Of a stretch of 64,000 nt of DNA, positions 1 to 13,107 are shown piece after piece. Below the pieces are notes generated by a model that was given only the letters and a program-made list of their open reading frames with translations, made no database searches and was not told the DNA's origin. The position numbers and the translations under genes are program-made. This DNA comes from Malacoraja senta (taxonomy: Eukaryota): contig CM075994.1 of NCBI GenBank assembly GCA_038087875.1, positions 3,784,001 through 3,848,000 of the forward strand, given 5' to 3'. Within the stretch, counting starts at the first letter, position 1. Each line of letters starts with the position of its first letter.

Positions 1-944
1 TTTTTCTCCTGCTTCAAAGAAACAAATATACCGTTGACATTTTACAAGGGTGTAGATAATCATGGCGGAAACCGCTCATGCAAATATGACACAATTCGCA
101 AGGTTGGCCAGAAAGTGCAAGAGATTGGGCCTGGTAGGATTATTCCACAAAGAATTGCGCTCACATGCTCCTGTTGGTTTCGAATGTACTTTGTTACTTT
201 TTGATTATATGCTTCAGGTGGATAGATCATTTCTGAGTGAAGGAAACCTCAATTTTAATCAATTAGAAGTCATGAGCTCCTGTGAAAACAATGTGTTAGC
301 GGAATGAACCATAAGAATTGACTTTGATTCGCGTTATGTTGCCAAGATGTTATCAGTTGCTCATGATCAGTTTTGCAAAACTCGAGCTGGGCTCTTTTGA
401 CTGAGTACCACTGTAATTGAGACATGAATGTTTCTGCCAAGTCGATGGGTTAAAGAGTAATTAGGTTTAGTAGATAAAATGTGTGAGTGGTTGTTAATAT
501 TCCGAAACAAAGGCACTGCCAGATAGCCTCAAATGCAGTGGCTGGCTTACTCTTCTCATTTACAAGTTTAGGTGAAGTGGAGATACTACATTTTATTGCA
601 TTCACTATCATAGTCAATACGAAACAATACGTTAGACTAAAATAGGTATCTTGTCGTGTTTTAGGATTATTGATGCGGTGTCTTGAAGACACTCGTTCCT
701 ATTTATAACTGATTATCCGATTGTTGGCTAATTACATGAATAGAACTGCTGTCCTTAATTTGGGGGGGGGTGCATTCTTGACGAGATCTTGAAATCTAGC
801 AACCAATTAGGGTTTTAAATGAATTACGTCAGCAAATACAACGTTATATTTTTCCATCCCATTCTAAAGATTTATATATATATATATATATAAGTGCTTG
901 TATTTATATTCTGAGGATTACCGTCCTGTTTCCATTATTCTGGA

Positions 945-2130
945 TTGTTTTTGAGGCTGTGACAAGTAAAATGGACGAAGGAGAGCCAGTGGATGTACTG
1001 TATCTGGACTTTCAGAAAGCCTTTGATAAGGTCCCACAGGAGATTATTGGGCAAAATTAGAGCACATGGTATTGGGGTAGGGTATTGACATGGACAGAGA
1101 ATTGTTTGGCAGGAAATAAAGAGTAGGGATAAACGGGTCCCTGTCAAAATGGCAGGCAGTGGCGCGTGGAGTGCCGCAAGTCTCGGTGCTTGGGCCGCAA
1201 CTAATAAAATATATGAATGATTTAGATTTGCAGATGACACAAAGCTAGGTGGCAGTATTAAGAGCGAAGAGGATGCTAGGAGGTTGTAGGGTGACTTGGA
1301 CAGGTTAAGTGAGTGAGCAGATGCGTAGCAGATGTAGTATAATCTACATATATAAAAGGTGATGCACTTTGGCGACAAGAACAAGGAGGCAGATTATTAT
1401 CCCAATGATGTCAGATTATGAAAAATTGAAGTGCAACGAGACCTGGGTCCTTGTACACCAGTCAGCGATCGTAAACATGCAGGTACAACAGCAGGGAAGA
1501 AAGCTAATGGCATGTTGGCCTTCACAAGTTGAGGATTTGTGTATACGAGTAAATAGGTCCTTCTGCAGTTGTACAGGGCCCTGGTGAGACAACTTCTGGA
1601 GTATTGCGTGCAGTTTTGGTCTCTTAATTTGAGGAAGGGCATCTTTCCTATCGAGGCAGTGCAGCGTAGGTTCCAGACGTTAATCACCGGGATGGCGGGA
1701 CTCTCATGTGAGGAAAAATTGGAAGGACTGGGGTTGTATTCACTGGAAGTAAGAAGGATGAGAGGGTTCCGTATTGGAACGTATACAATTATAACAGGAC
1801 TGGACAAGCTAGATGAAGGAAAAAATATCCCAATTTTGGGGGAGTCCAGAACCAGGGGCCACAGACTAAAACTGAAATGCGAAAAAACGTTTTCACCCAG
1901 AGAGCTGTGAATTTGTGGAATTCTCTGCCGCAGAAGGCAGTAGAGGCCAATTCACTTGATTAATTTAAAAGAGAGTTAGATAGAGCTCAAGGGGCAAGCG
2001 AAATCAAGAGATATGGGGAGAAGGCAGGCACGGGTTATTGATTGTGGATGATTAACCATCACAATGAATGCCGGTGCAGGCTCGAAGGACCAAATGGCCT
2101 CCCCTGCAGCTATTTTCTATGTTTCGATGT
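945..2130 (+). mobile_element. CR1/HER1-type LINE, 5'-truncated and decayed
   Basis: RT remnants (YLDFQKAFDKVPH-like, LEYCVQFWS) and a TTTCTATG-type 3' tail. Confidence 0.9.
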
Positions 2131-2526
2131 TTTCATATCATAACGTATGTTGTTGCAAATCGTGCAAGTGATGAAACTGCAATTCAGCACACATAGTCAA
2201 TTGATATCACTGTTAGATATTTCTTGAATAGCAATGCGTGACATCCATGAGGAACAGCAATAAATAACAATAGTAGGAGCTGTAATTACATTTCTTGGAA
2301 ATAATAGATGTATTCAATGGCGGTAGCGACGTCGTAAAGTAATTTATTAACTGCTTATTAATATTTAAATGCGATAAACTACAATGTAGGATAAGAATTG
2401 CATCGTGTAGTGTCTTTTATATGTGTGTCCGTGTGTGCATGTGTGCGTCACTATAATGTACTATATGCACCAACAGCTTAATGTGCACAAGTGTACATAT
2501 AATTAATATCTGGTTATGTCATTCAG

Positions 2527-2552
2527 ATTACAAAAACTTCTTCAATGTACGA
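2527..2552 (+). CDS. Candidate microexon, 26 nt (LQKLLQCT if phase 2-1; DYKKLLQCT if one A is missing from the A5 run)
   Basis: attcag|ATTACAAAAACTTCTTCAATGTACGA|gtaagc; shares AACTTCTTCAA with the next exon; length is not 3n. Confidence 0.55.
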
Positions 2553-3299
2553 GTAAGCGAACATATTGAAATTATATGCGTTAACAATTCCCACAGTATT
2601 GCTTTGGTAATTTATTGAAAGACGATCTACGATACATTACTGGCGTCATGTCATAGAGTAAGTTATTTACATGATATGTAATATATTTCAATTTTCCTGG
2701 TATGGATACAACTATATTTCTTAATCCACATTCGTAAAATCCTGCCAATAGCTGATGCACAACGTCATAGGAGTATTAGGGGTATATTGCAAGAGTTAAT
2801 GCATACACTTGTTGCTCGCTGTTTTCTACATTCATCTTGTTTGCTCTGAAAGCGTGTTTTTCTCTCGCACATCATCTGAAAGCAATCTAACCCGCCTGAC
2901 ATTTCACCGTTTGTTCTCGGCACCGTCAGAATTAGCTGCTTCTGTTATCACATTCATCTTGATTTTCATTGAACCCGTCGGTCTTCTGTCACCTTTGCAT
3001 TAAATTGCTGGTTAATCGCAATTTGGTTCGAATGTAAATTTCCCATAGAAGGGGAATTTGCAAACGCACAGATTTACAAAACTACAAATTGTGGGAATGT
3101 AGAATCGTGCTCGGAGATCTTACAGAGATCTAGACTGAAAATGCCATAGCTAGATTTGAACGCGGCGTAAGTTCATATAAATAAAGGATCATTTTCGCTG
3201 TTTACGTCTGTGTATGTCAATATCCTTTGTGATGTCCAACGCCCTGTTCTCTTTTTTGCTGTTGAATGCGTAAATGCCCACTGCCTCATATACATGTCA

Positions 3300-3615
3300 T
3301 GGGGCGGCAGGTAGAGCTGCTGCCTGAGAACGCGCCAGAGACCGGGGTTCGATCCAGACCTCGGGTGCGTTCTGCGTGCAGTTTGCACATTCTCCCTGTG
3401 ACCGGCTAGGCTTCCTCCGGGAGATCCAGTTTGTTCCCACATCACAATGGCGTGCGGGTTTGTAGGTTAATTGGCCTGTGTAAAGTGTACGCTGTGTGTA
3501 GCCAGTGGATAGGAACGTGGGACGGCATAGAACTGCTGCTGTGGTGATCCATGGTGGCGTGGACGCAGCGGGCCGAAAGGCTTGTTTCCCACCTGTGCTT
3601 TAGAGTTAAAACAAA
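3300..3615 (+). mobile_element. tRNA-derived SINE (V-SINE/HE1-like)
   Basis: B-box GGTTCGATCC, central gtttgcacattctccctgtgacc domain, LINE-like tail. Confidence 0.75.
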
Positions 3616-4446
3616 GCGAAATTTCCCATCGCCCGGACGATATTGATGACCAGCTTATCACCTGGGCTCAAAATGCTTGTTAGCTGCAGGTTGAGACGCA
3701 ATCGGAGAAGCAACCCTTTCTACATCCTTCACCATGTATTGATCCCAAACGATGCAGACTGAGTCAATGAAAATGAGAGAATGAGAAAGGCGGGAAATTC
3801 ATCCAGCAGCTGACTTTTCTTCATTGTGTGCTCTAAAGTAACAGTAGTCTATTGGTAGATACCGATAGTTGAATGATCAGGGAAAGTCACTCCCGTAAAT
3901 GCAGAGAGGTCCCTTTCGCAACACGACGTCTAAACGGCCATTCGGGAGACCCCTGTCGCCGTGACCCGGCTATTTCCCCATCGCAAACAATGTCTGGATT
4001 CGGCAACGACTTGCCCGTTCCAGTGTCAATGATATGGATGGGCTTTAGAGGATATTGGGTTCCATAAGAATGCAGACGTATTCCATGTACTGCTCAATTT
4101 ATAAACTTCTGCTAATTAAACTGATTAACTTGGAATACAATTCATGGAAATGATTAAATGCAACATAATCGTTCTTAGTCATACCCTTATCTCCCTGAAA
4201 AAAGATTTAGTTTCACGTTGAGAATCATGCATTTACTTACAACCCTACCTATGTTTACAATCATAGTGGATCCTACAATTGTAAATAAAATATTTTGCAT
4301 TGATTTCACAGCACTCCGGTCTGCAAATCAATTCTCCATCCCTTGCACTATTGCAGAATATAAGACACATCGGTATATACATTTGAAATGATGATAATTT
4401 ATATGAAAGCATATTTACAATTAAATTGTTATTTTTCTTTTACCAG

Positions 4447-4473
4447 TGAAACAACTTCTTCAAAAAGATAAAG
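4447..4473 (+). CDS. Microexon, 27 nt, (M/V)KQLLQKDK
   Basis: tttttctttttaccag|...AAG|gtaaaa; phase 1-1 and open. Confidence 0.8.
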
Positions 4474-5593
4474 GTAAAAGGGAGCAGATAAATTCACCTA
4501 CAGATTCGTAGATGACAATTAACTATGTTAACGTGCATTTAATTTGTACCCCTATGGTTATCGGCTCATAACGTTACAACGAACTTTAATTGGATTATAA
4601 ATGTATAAATGTGTAAACTGGCAAATAGAACAGTGAACAAAGTCTACGTCGACTGCTTGAAGTAACATGCAGCAGTCTGCTGGCTTTGACTTTTTGGAAG
4701 GTTATTGCATGCACGAACAATAAATCCATGGCTTTTTAATGTACTTTGTCGACACCTGCATAATTGGAAGAAACATTGTACAGAAAACAACGTTCTTGTT
4801 TCAATCTACACAATTAATATAGAAAGTGTACTGATGGACTAAAGCTAAGGCATGTCCTTGGCCTATGACAACAACGGAACACCCGCGATTTCTCTATATT
4901 CTGTAAAAATTATCGTCCAAATAAAACCTTCAATCTCGCAAGCAAACAGTTCAGGCTGACGACCGGTGTCCTCTAGTTTATATTTTGTTGGACCGTTGGC
5001 ATGTGCCTTTCTCCAGTAATATTGATTGCCTGAAGATTGCACATTGTAAAGGGCAAACAGCATCAAACCGATTATATTTTTAACCGACCTTTTCATTTAT
5101 AATTTACCGCACAATTGGTGCATTGGTCATTTTGTTGTTATTCTTGATATCTGTACCGAGATAGGCGAAAATCTGTGTGTTGTATGCTACATAGAGAGAT
5201 GAGATATAATATACACCAATACAATCACGTCAACCTAAACTACAAAAGAAAGAGCAGAGAGGAAATGCAGTGCACAATATATTATTCGAAGCACATCAGT
5301 TCCATGGACCAAATCGAATTCCACAATAGGTTAGATGTGAATCGGTCAGCATCCCAATCTGCTGTGCTCGAGTTAGATCAATTTATGTGACCTTTTTTAG
5401 CAAAACTGATCAGTATGAATAGATCAGTAAGTGTGCTTTCTCCGATTTGCCCCAGTGTTTATCAATAAAGTCGACGTCAAGAAACAAAACAATTTGTACA
5501 TCGCGATTTGTGTCACAAAGAAAACTATCTTGATAGGTTAGGTGTGCTTGGACACACAAAGAACTCACCTGCCGTTCTTATTCTATTTTCCAG

Positions 5594-5629
5594 AAATAGA
5601 TGCATTGAAGGAAAGGTTGCAAGAATGTG
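5594..5629 (+). CDS. Microexon, 36 nt, EIDALKERLQEC
   Basis: ttctattttccag|...GTG|gtgaga. Confidence 0.85.
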
Positions 5630-6144
5630 GTGAGAATTTTTCTGGAAATGTTTACAGCTCGAAATAAAGAAGCAAGCGACGGTACTTCACCGAAACAGGC
5701 TTCACACAGGTTCAAATACTACTTATGTCGGGAATGAAATGGAATGGCATCTTAATTTATGTCATTTGGCAATTCGAGGAATTTGCATTGTAGTGGCTAC
5801 ATCGTCATAATGTAATGTGAAAACCAGCAATTTATTTGGTTAAAATCCAATTTTAATCTATCGGATTTTAGAGATGTCATCCTTAAAACAAACGCAACGA
5901 TCATTCGTATTGATAGCGATTCTATGGACAGTCAGGGCAAAGCACGATTATACATTCGGCAGACATTTAGAATCAGAAAAGTTGCTCCGTGTATTGCAAT
6001 TAAATTTGATATTGAAGCTTTCTTGTTTTCACAACAATGCCCAATATCCGACAAATATATTATAAAATGGCCCAGGCACGTTGGAACGAGTAAAATATCT
6101 GCAGAGACAGTCAAACGAAAGTTATAAGTGTTGCAAAGCGTATA

Positions 6145-7215
6145 GAGCCATAGAGTCATACAGGCATACAGTGTGCAAACAGGCCCTTCGGCCCAACTTG
6201 CCCACACCGACCAATATGGCCCATCGACACTAGTCCCACGTTTGGCCCATATCCATCTAAACCTGTCCTATGCAATTACTGTACCTGTCTAATTGCTTCT
6301 TGAACGCTGCGATGGTCCCTAACTCAACTACCTCCTCCGGCAGCTCATTCCCTACACCCACCAAACTTATCCCTGAGATTCCGATAACATCTTTCCCACT
6401 GCATCTTAAACCTATGCTCTCTGGTACTCATATCCTTCCTTTGGGCAAGAGACTCTGTGATGCTTCGGTCTATTCCTCTCGTGATTTTATACACCTCAAT
6501 AAGACAACCCCTCATCCTCCTGCGCTCGGGGATATAGAGTCACGGCCTACTCAACCTCTCCCTATACCCACGCATTCGAGTCGTGGCAACATCCTTGTAA
6601 ATCTTCTGAGCACCATTTCCGATTTGATAACATCTTACCTATAACACGGTGCCCAGAACAGAACACAATACACTAAATGCGGTCGTTCTCAGTTCCCACT
6701 GTGTCATCAGATATATCTGATTGCGCCTGGAAGATTTGTCTACCTTGATACGCATCATGATATTCAGCACTTCCTCGACCGCATGACACGCTGCTCTCAA
6801 CACACTTCCATTGACTGCCGCAAATTCTATCCTGTCTTTCTCCACGGTAAAAACAGAGTATAAATACTAATCGATGACCTTTCCCATCTCCCGTGACCCC
6901 ACGCAGAGTTGACGTCTTTGAATCATGAGGGGTCCTACTCTCTCTCCCCCTCTGGTTACCATTTTTCCCTTTTTGTACTGACAAAATATCGTGTGATTAT
7001 CCTTAATGCCATCTGCCAGTACTATCTCATGTCACATGTCCTCCCTTTTGATACCCTTTATTAGTTTGCACCTCAGTTCCCCCAAAGTCTTCCAAGGATT
7101 CGCTTGATCCCATCTGCCGATACCTGTCCCATGCCCCCTTACACTTGACGAAAGTCTCAATGCCCCTCGTCATCCAAACATCCTTACGTTTGCCAGCCTT
7201 GCCCTTCACTCTAAC
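6145..7215 (-). mobile_element. CR1/HER1 LINE fragments (internally deleted)
   Basis: 3' tail catagagtcatacag...ggcccttcggccc plus ORF2 remnants. Confidence 0.8.
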
Positions 7216-7470
7216 TGTTTAGGATAAATACATGAAAAAATAAGGGTCAGAAGAAGAGCCAACAGACATGATCGTGCCTCAGAATTGGACAGTGGTAGTT
7301 TAGCTGTAGCGAAAGGAGTCCACTATGCATTCATCCCAATTTTCATTTTCTCTATTATTTAAAATTAGACGGGCAGGGAAAAAATGATGATTGAAAAAAT
7401 GATTATTGAACATCAAATTTTCTTTGAAATACTTGCTGAACGATATTATTTAAAAGTGTTTATCTTTCAG

Positions 7471-7497
7471 AAAGCAATCTACGAAGAAAGGAACTTG
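7471..7497 (+). CDS. Microexon, 27 nt, ESNLRRKEL
   Basis: tttatctttcag|...TTG|gtaatg. Confidence 0.8.
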
Positions 7498-7679
7498 GTA
7501 ATGTATTAACATGCATGCCTTTTCAAAAATATATACATTGTATTATTGGGTAGTGTAAAGAGAAAATAATACCAAATAGTTTTGGCATGCAATTGAATTG
7601 TTTTTTTAAATGTGTGGATTATCTCCAAAATTTAATAATATTTTTTCTATGAAATAAGATAAACGTCGAGACCGAGGGG

Positions 7680-7872
7680 TGACGAGATAACGGAGGACGT
7701 AGTTGAGGCGGGTACCATCGAAACGTTTAAGAAACATTTAGACGGGTATATGGATAGGACAGGTTTAGAGGGCCAAATGTAGGCAGGTGGGATGAGTATA
7801 CATGGTACATGATGGCCAGTTTTGGCACGTTAGGCCGAGGGGTCCGTATCCACACTGTAAGACGCTATGACG
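7680..7872 (+). mobile_element. CR1 3' end fragment
   Basis: gtagttgaggcgggtacc...ttaagaaacatttagac; matches CR1 3' ends. Confidence 0.65.
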
Positions 7873-8179
7873 TAATACGAACCCGCCATGCCAGCAGTAA
7901 CACCAATCGTCAATTATATATTACACATGGACGTGGTTGTTGGATAGATATTTACACTGTAGTTACTTGCCAAGCTTGCTTTCACTAGGACTCCCAAATC
8001 CAGTGGTCCCATTCATCCACAAAGCATACGGTGTGGAAAAAAAACTACGTGTTAGTTGGCTATGCATGTCGTCCGTTAGGCCGACATTCCTGGGAAACAT
8101 GGAGTCTCCATCATGGAATTTCTTTAAGTCGCAATAAACATGGGAAAACGAGAGAAAGAACTGATGCGTGGTTTCAGAT

Positions 8180-8540
8180 GCAGGTCAAAACAAGATTAAA
8201 TGACAGATCGTGGTTGTGCCAACAGATAAATAATGGGTGAACTGTACCTGTACATGTAACAACATGAGGGGAAAGTGTAGAATGAAATGATGAGGACATA
8301 TTATCTAGCCAATCAAAAAACATGACAGAACTGTGCGACGCAAAATACTGCATCCTTGCATAGCTAGGCAGATCTCGTCGTACACCTGTAGTAGGTTGGG
8401 AATTTATAACAAAAAATACAGTTCAAAATGATTCCCTGAAAAGAGAACCATTCCATACTTTCCCCTCATGTTGTTGCGGTAAGGTGCGTTCACCCATCAT
8501 TCACCCAACCACGATCTGTCATTCAATTTTGTTTCACGTT
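8180..8540. repeat. Imperfect long inverted repeat (MITE-like)
   Basis: gacagatcgtggttg / caaccacgatctgtc and aacatgaggggaaagt / actttcccctcatgtt arms around a spacer of about 165 bp. Confidence 0.75.
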
Positions 8541-8826
8541 GAACACGTCTCATAGGAGCTGATAAAGAGAGAAAACACATCGTTCCAAATATTTTTGATT
8601 CTGTTTCCCCTGGCACTTCTGTTTTCTTTTTGGGTCACATTATATCATCTGCAATTCTGTTTAGTTGCATTTGTTTAGCTGAATTGTTGAACATCCAATG
8701 AAAGCCTCAGTATGGAATGCACGTACAACTATGATGTCTGATGCTGTGATGCTCCAAACGGGAATGGTTGAAAATATGCATGAGGTGTTTAACATAGAAC
8801 TGATAAAAAAAAATTTGATCTTACAG

Positions 8827-8862
8827 AGGTGGATGAACTCAAAAGACGTGTGAGGGATCAAT
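8827..8862 (+). CDS. Microexon, 36 nt, EVDELKRRVRDQ (ends in T)
   Basis: tttgatcttacag|...AAT|gtgagt. Confidence 0.8.
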
Positions 8863-9190
8863 GTGAGTATATCCGCATTTAAATTAAGTTTCAAAAATTA
8901 AATTGCTGCTGAAACACAACTATGTTCGTAGTATTTCTGTTTCCGTTTTGCTTATGTAAATAACTTGCTTGTAAATTTCAATGCACATTCTCCCTTGTTC
9001 TTGTAATTGATCTTCTGCATGTATTTTGATTAAATTAGTAACCCAGTTCGACACAATGGATCTAATTGGGCAGGTCTTACGCTGCTTCCTCGTTTACATG
9101 TATTTCCTTTACGAGTGTATCAATTTACATTCTTCAATGCACATTTACTTTGATTTAATAAATCTAGGCCATTTTTCTTCCTGTTCATAG

Positions 9191-9205
9191 CTGATAAAGA
9201 GAAAG
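9191..9205 (+). CDS. Microexon, 15 nt, SDKEK
   Basis: tttttcttcctgttcatag|CTGATAAAGAGAAAG|gtacac; strong pyrimidine tract, weaker donor. Confidence 0.6.
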
Positions 9206-9264
9206 GTACACTTATTTTTCTCCAGCTTGTTTGAGTAGTGCTCTTATAATGCATTTTGTATTTC

Positions 9265-10712
9265 ATTCGAGCCAGCACCGCTATTCAATATGATTATGGC
9301 TGACCATTCACAATCAGTACCCCATTCCTGCCTTCTCGCCATATCCCCTGACTCCGCTTTCTTTAAGAGCTCCATCCAACTCTCTCTTGAAAGCATCCAG
9401 AGAATTGACCTCCACTGCCCATTGAGGTAGAGAATTCCACAGATTCACAACTCTCTGGGTGAAAACGTTTTACCTCATCTCCATGCTAAATAGCCTACTT
9501 CTTATTTTTAAACTGTGGCCCCTGGTTCTGGACTCCCTCCCCCCCCCAACACCGCACCCCCCCCTCCAATCGGGAACATGCCTCTTCCGAGTCCAATCCC
9601 TTAATCGTCTTATATATTTCAATAAGATCCCCTCTTATCCTTCTAAATTCTTGGGTATACAAACCCAGACTGTCAAGCTCCACTCTGCCAAGTAAAGTCA
9701 AGTCACTTTTATTTCTATAGCACATTAAAAAAAAACTCTCGTTGACCAAAGTGCTTTACATTGGTGGAGGTACTAACGTTATACAACAGTGGTTCATAGA
9801 TTAAGTAGATACATAAATACATACATATAGCCCTCCCTCAGAGGACGTCAAGAAAGTCTTGAGAGTAAAGATGAGTTTTAAGTCTCGACTTAGAAGAGTC
9901 GATGGAGGGGGCAGTTCTGATGGGAAGAGGGATGCTGTTCCACAGTCTAGGAGCTGCAAACGCAAAGGTGCGGTCGCCCCTGAGCTTATGCCTAGACCGC
10001 GGGATGTTCAGTAACCCCAAGTCGGCCGATCTGAGGGACCTGGAGGTGGTGTGGTGGGTAAGCAGACTTTTGATGTAGGTGGGGCAAGCCCGTTAAGGGC
10101 TTTGTACACATAAAGAAGGATGTTGAAATATATTCGGAACCGCACATATGACAGTCCCGCCAGCCCGGAAATAAAACGTTTGAAACTACGCTGCACTCCC
10201 TCAATAGCAATAATGTCCTTCCTCAAATTTGGAGACCAAATCTGCACATAATACCCCTGGCGTAGTCTCACTAGGGCCTTGTAAAACTGCAAAAGGACAC
10301 TATTGCTCCTTTATCAACTCCTCTTGTTATGAAGGCCAACATGCCATTATATTTCTTCACTGCCTGCTGTACCTGCATGTTTACTTTCAGTGATTGATGT
10401 ACAATGACCCCCAGATCTCGTTGTACTTCCCATTTTCCCAACTTGACACCATTCAGATAATAATCTGCCTTCCTAACCTCACAGGTATCCGCATTAAACT
10501 GCATCAGCCATATTGTACATAGTTGCGGTCCCAGCACCGTGACTTGCGTTACCCCTCTTGTCACTGCTTGCCATTCTGAAAGGGACCCGTTAATCCCTAC
10601 TCGTTGTTTCCTGTCTGTCTTCCAATTTTCTAGCCATATCAGTACCCCACCCCCAATACCATGCGCTCTAATTTTGCACACTAATCTCCTATGTGGGACC
10701 TTATCAAGTGCT
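9265..10712 (-). mobile_element. CR1 LINE fragment interrupted by an L2 insertion
   Basis: CR1 RT and tail on both sides of 9690-10140. Confidence 0.85.
9690..10140 (-). mobile_element. L2-clade LINE 3' fragment
   Basis: RGDRTFAFAAPRLWNSIPLPIRTAPSIDSSKSRLKTHLY, a typical L2 ORF2 C-terminus. Confidence 0.8.
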
Positions 10713-10728
10713 ATTTATATCATTACAG

Positions 10729-10746
10729 AGCACTTGGATGACGACG
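10729..10746 (+). CDS. Microexon, 18 nt, EHLDDD
   Basis: tttatatcattacag|AGCACTTGGATGACGACG|gtaagc. Confidence 0.6.
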
Positions 10747-11826
10747 GTAAGCATCAGTTTTACTCTGTAGTGTGGATGTCATCGAAATTATCCAACATTC
10801 TTGAATCAACAGTGAAATTTAATCGTCGATGACCTGTTCATTTTGAAAATATATATATTTGCCTTGCAATCCGTGCCCTGACATTTACCTTTGCCAGGAG
10901 AAAGCGATGAAGGATTGATACTGACAATAAATTAATTTATGAAAAGTAATCCTGTCGGGAATTTAGATACAATGCGTTACCGTGACCTCCATATATACAA
11001 GTAACCAACTATACTATGACAACATTACCATCAAGCAAGGTAGGAAACTATGTCGCTTGGGTCCTCAGCGACATGGTAGTACGTACGCGGAGCGAAGAAT
11101 CACATTGTGATGTCGACGATGATATTTTGGTGATATCTTTAGTCGAAAGCCATGATTGACTGTTGGAGGTACAGTCGAAGGTGAGTGACCTGGTAGCGTG
11201 GAAAGAGTGAATGTAACGTACATTCAACAGAGTTATAGATGTCAGAATTTTAGCATCTCCTCTTGGCGAAAACGGCTACAATATAATTTGCATGTATATG
11301 CATCCACAAATTATCACGAGACTTTAATTAAGAGAAGTGCCAATTTATTATCTTTTCCAGCTATTGCATCAAAGCAAACTTAATAATTTAATTATTTCAT
11401 CGTAATCATTTAATATACATTTCATTTAATCATTTAATCTATTAAAGGACACGAATGCACATTATGCTTCCCGAAACATTGAGTGGATTTCCACTATATT
11501 GCTTCCACGTTGCTTGGAAACACGAAGTATCATGTATTACCTGAGCAAACGCAGGATTAACTAACCATGATCCGCGAGAGAAAGGATGCAATATGATTAT
11601 GTATCGGCATATCACGAATCATTTCACAACTTCGCCGCGGTTCGTGAATATCAGCGAGAATAAGCAGAGAAGATCAACTCTCTCGCAGATATTGTGCGAT
11701 GTTTTTCTTCTGTGTTATCTAGTTTGCGAAAAAATTCCGAGCGGTTTTGCCCGCAAGTAAACCATCGTTTTGGCCATGCATAGTTCTGGGAAATACTAAC
11801 ACTGTTTCCTTATAATTTAACAACAG

Positions 11827-11853
11827 ACGCTAAGTTGCGGGAAACAAAAACAG
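11827..11853 (+). CDS. Microexon, 27 nt, DAKLRETKT
   Basis: TACTAAC branch point at 11794-11800; caacag|...CAG|gtatgt. Confidence 0.8.
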
Positions 11854-12114
11854 GTATGTTTTGCTTCGTGTTTGGGCAAAGTTTGCCGAAGGGCTTTTTT
11901 CCACACTGTGTCACTTTATTTGATTAATCATTGTATCAGACTATTGAGTCCGCTCGAGTAAAAGCGAAATAGGGAAAAGTTGCAATGATACCGATGAAGA
12001 GGTAGGACACATATTTTCTGCACATGTTATTAATTTAAACCAGAACGGTCAATATGCAGTCCATCTTCCATTATACCTTCTCGATGTATTATTAGCCAAA
12101 TGATTAGTTGAATT

Positions 12115-12400
12115 CAATGTAGTGATACAGCATGCAAACAGGGTCTTAGGCCCACCGAATCCGCGACTACGAGCTATCACCTCGTTCACATTTATTCTAA
12201 GCGATCATAACTTCGCAACCACTCCTTACATATTAGGGGACATTTACGCAGGCCAAGTATCATGCAAACTCTTTGGGTCGTATGCGTAACTAGGAGAACG
12301 TGCAAAATTCAAATAGACAAGGCCCGAGCTCAGAGTCCAACTCGTATCGCGGACTCTGTGAGGCAGCAGCTCGACTCGTTGCATCACTCTGCCACAGAGG
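12115..12400 (-). mobile_element. Decayed tRNA-derived SINE
   Basis: Reverse-complement similarity to the SINE at 3300 (gaggcagcagctc, ggagaacgtgcaaa). Confidence 0.65.
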
Positions 12401-13071
12401 GAAAATAAATTATCCCTAAATTCAAGAAAATGAGAGGAGGTTATTTTATACATTCATTATGCCTAGCCAATATGAAAGAGTTGGCTTCCATGCCACACAG
12501 TTATGCACGGTATGCCGGAATGTTTCGTGAACAGTTTGGAGTTAATATAGAGGGCTCCACCCAGAGCGAATGAAAGCCTTTTTGTTGAGGGTTATGAAAG
12601 TGTTAATGTCGTATGACGATGAAAAAAAATACCGGATAATATTCTATCGTGTATTCCGGGAAGAAAGATGGATTTTTGAGAAGAAATCCCACTTTAATAA
12701 CTATTGATTTTTTAAAATTTTAATTTTAGCCGTCCAAGAAATTCTGTAATTAAATAAGTTAACCCGATACAATACTTTCGACGTGCAATTCAACATACAA
12801 TGCTGCGAAAATTAAAGTACTTTACCAAAGGGACACGCGAATATCATTCTCTCCCGATATCGGTTCAAATTTGGAATTAATAATGTTCACACATCATGCA
12901 CAACTACAAACTATTATTTAGTACAATGCTGTTTATCCTGCCAACCCACATAAAGCGTCAGCGTTCAAACTACGCCCAGCACAATGATATACCGCAGTTC
13001 TAAGTCGGGCAAGTCATGACTGAATACTATGGAAAAAATGATTACAACTATTGTTTAATATTTATTTTTAG

Positions 13072-13107
13072 AATTGGAGCGAATAGAAGAAATTCGCAAA
13101 GATGTCG
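13072..13107 (+). CDS. Microexon, 36 nt, ELERIEEIRKDV
   Basis: tttatttttag|...TCG|gtaaga. Confidence 0.85.

Noticed and set aside
20..49. Possible 30-nt microexon (ETNIPLTFYK)
   Set aside because: Weak donor (gtgtag), peptide unlike the repeat, and truncated upstream context.
3300..3375. tRNA gene
   Set aside because: Only a SINE head with a B-box; no complete cloverleaf.
11143..11180. AG..GTGAGT-bounded segment
   Set aside because: 38 nt long with an in-frame TGA and no similarity to array exons.
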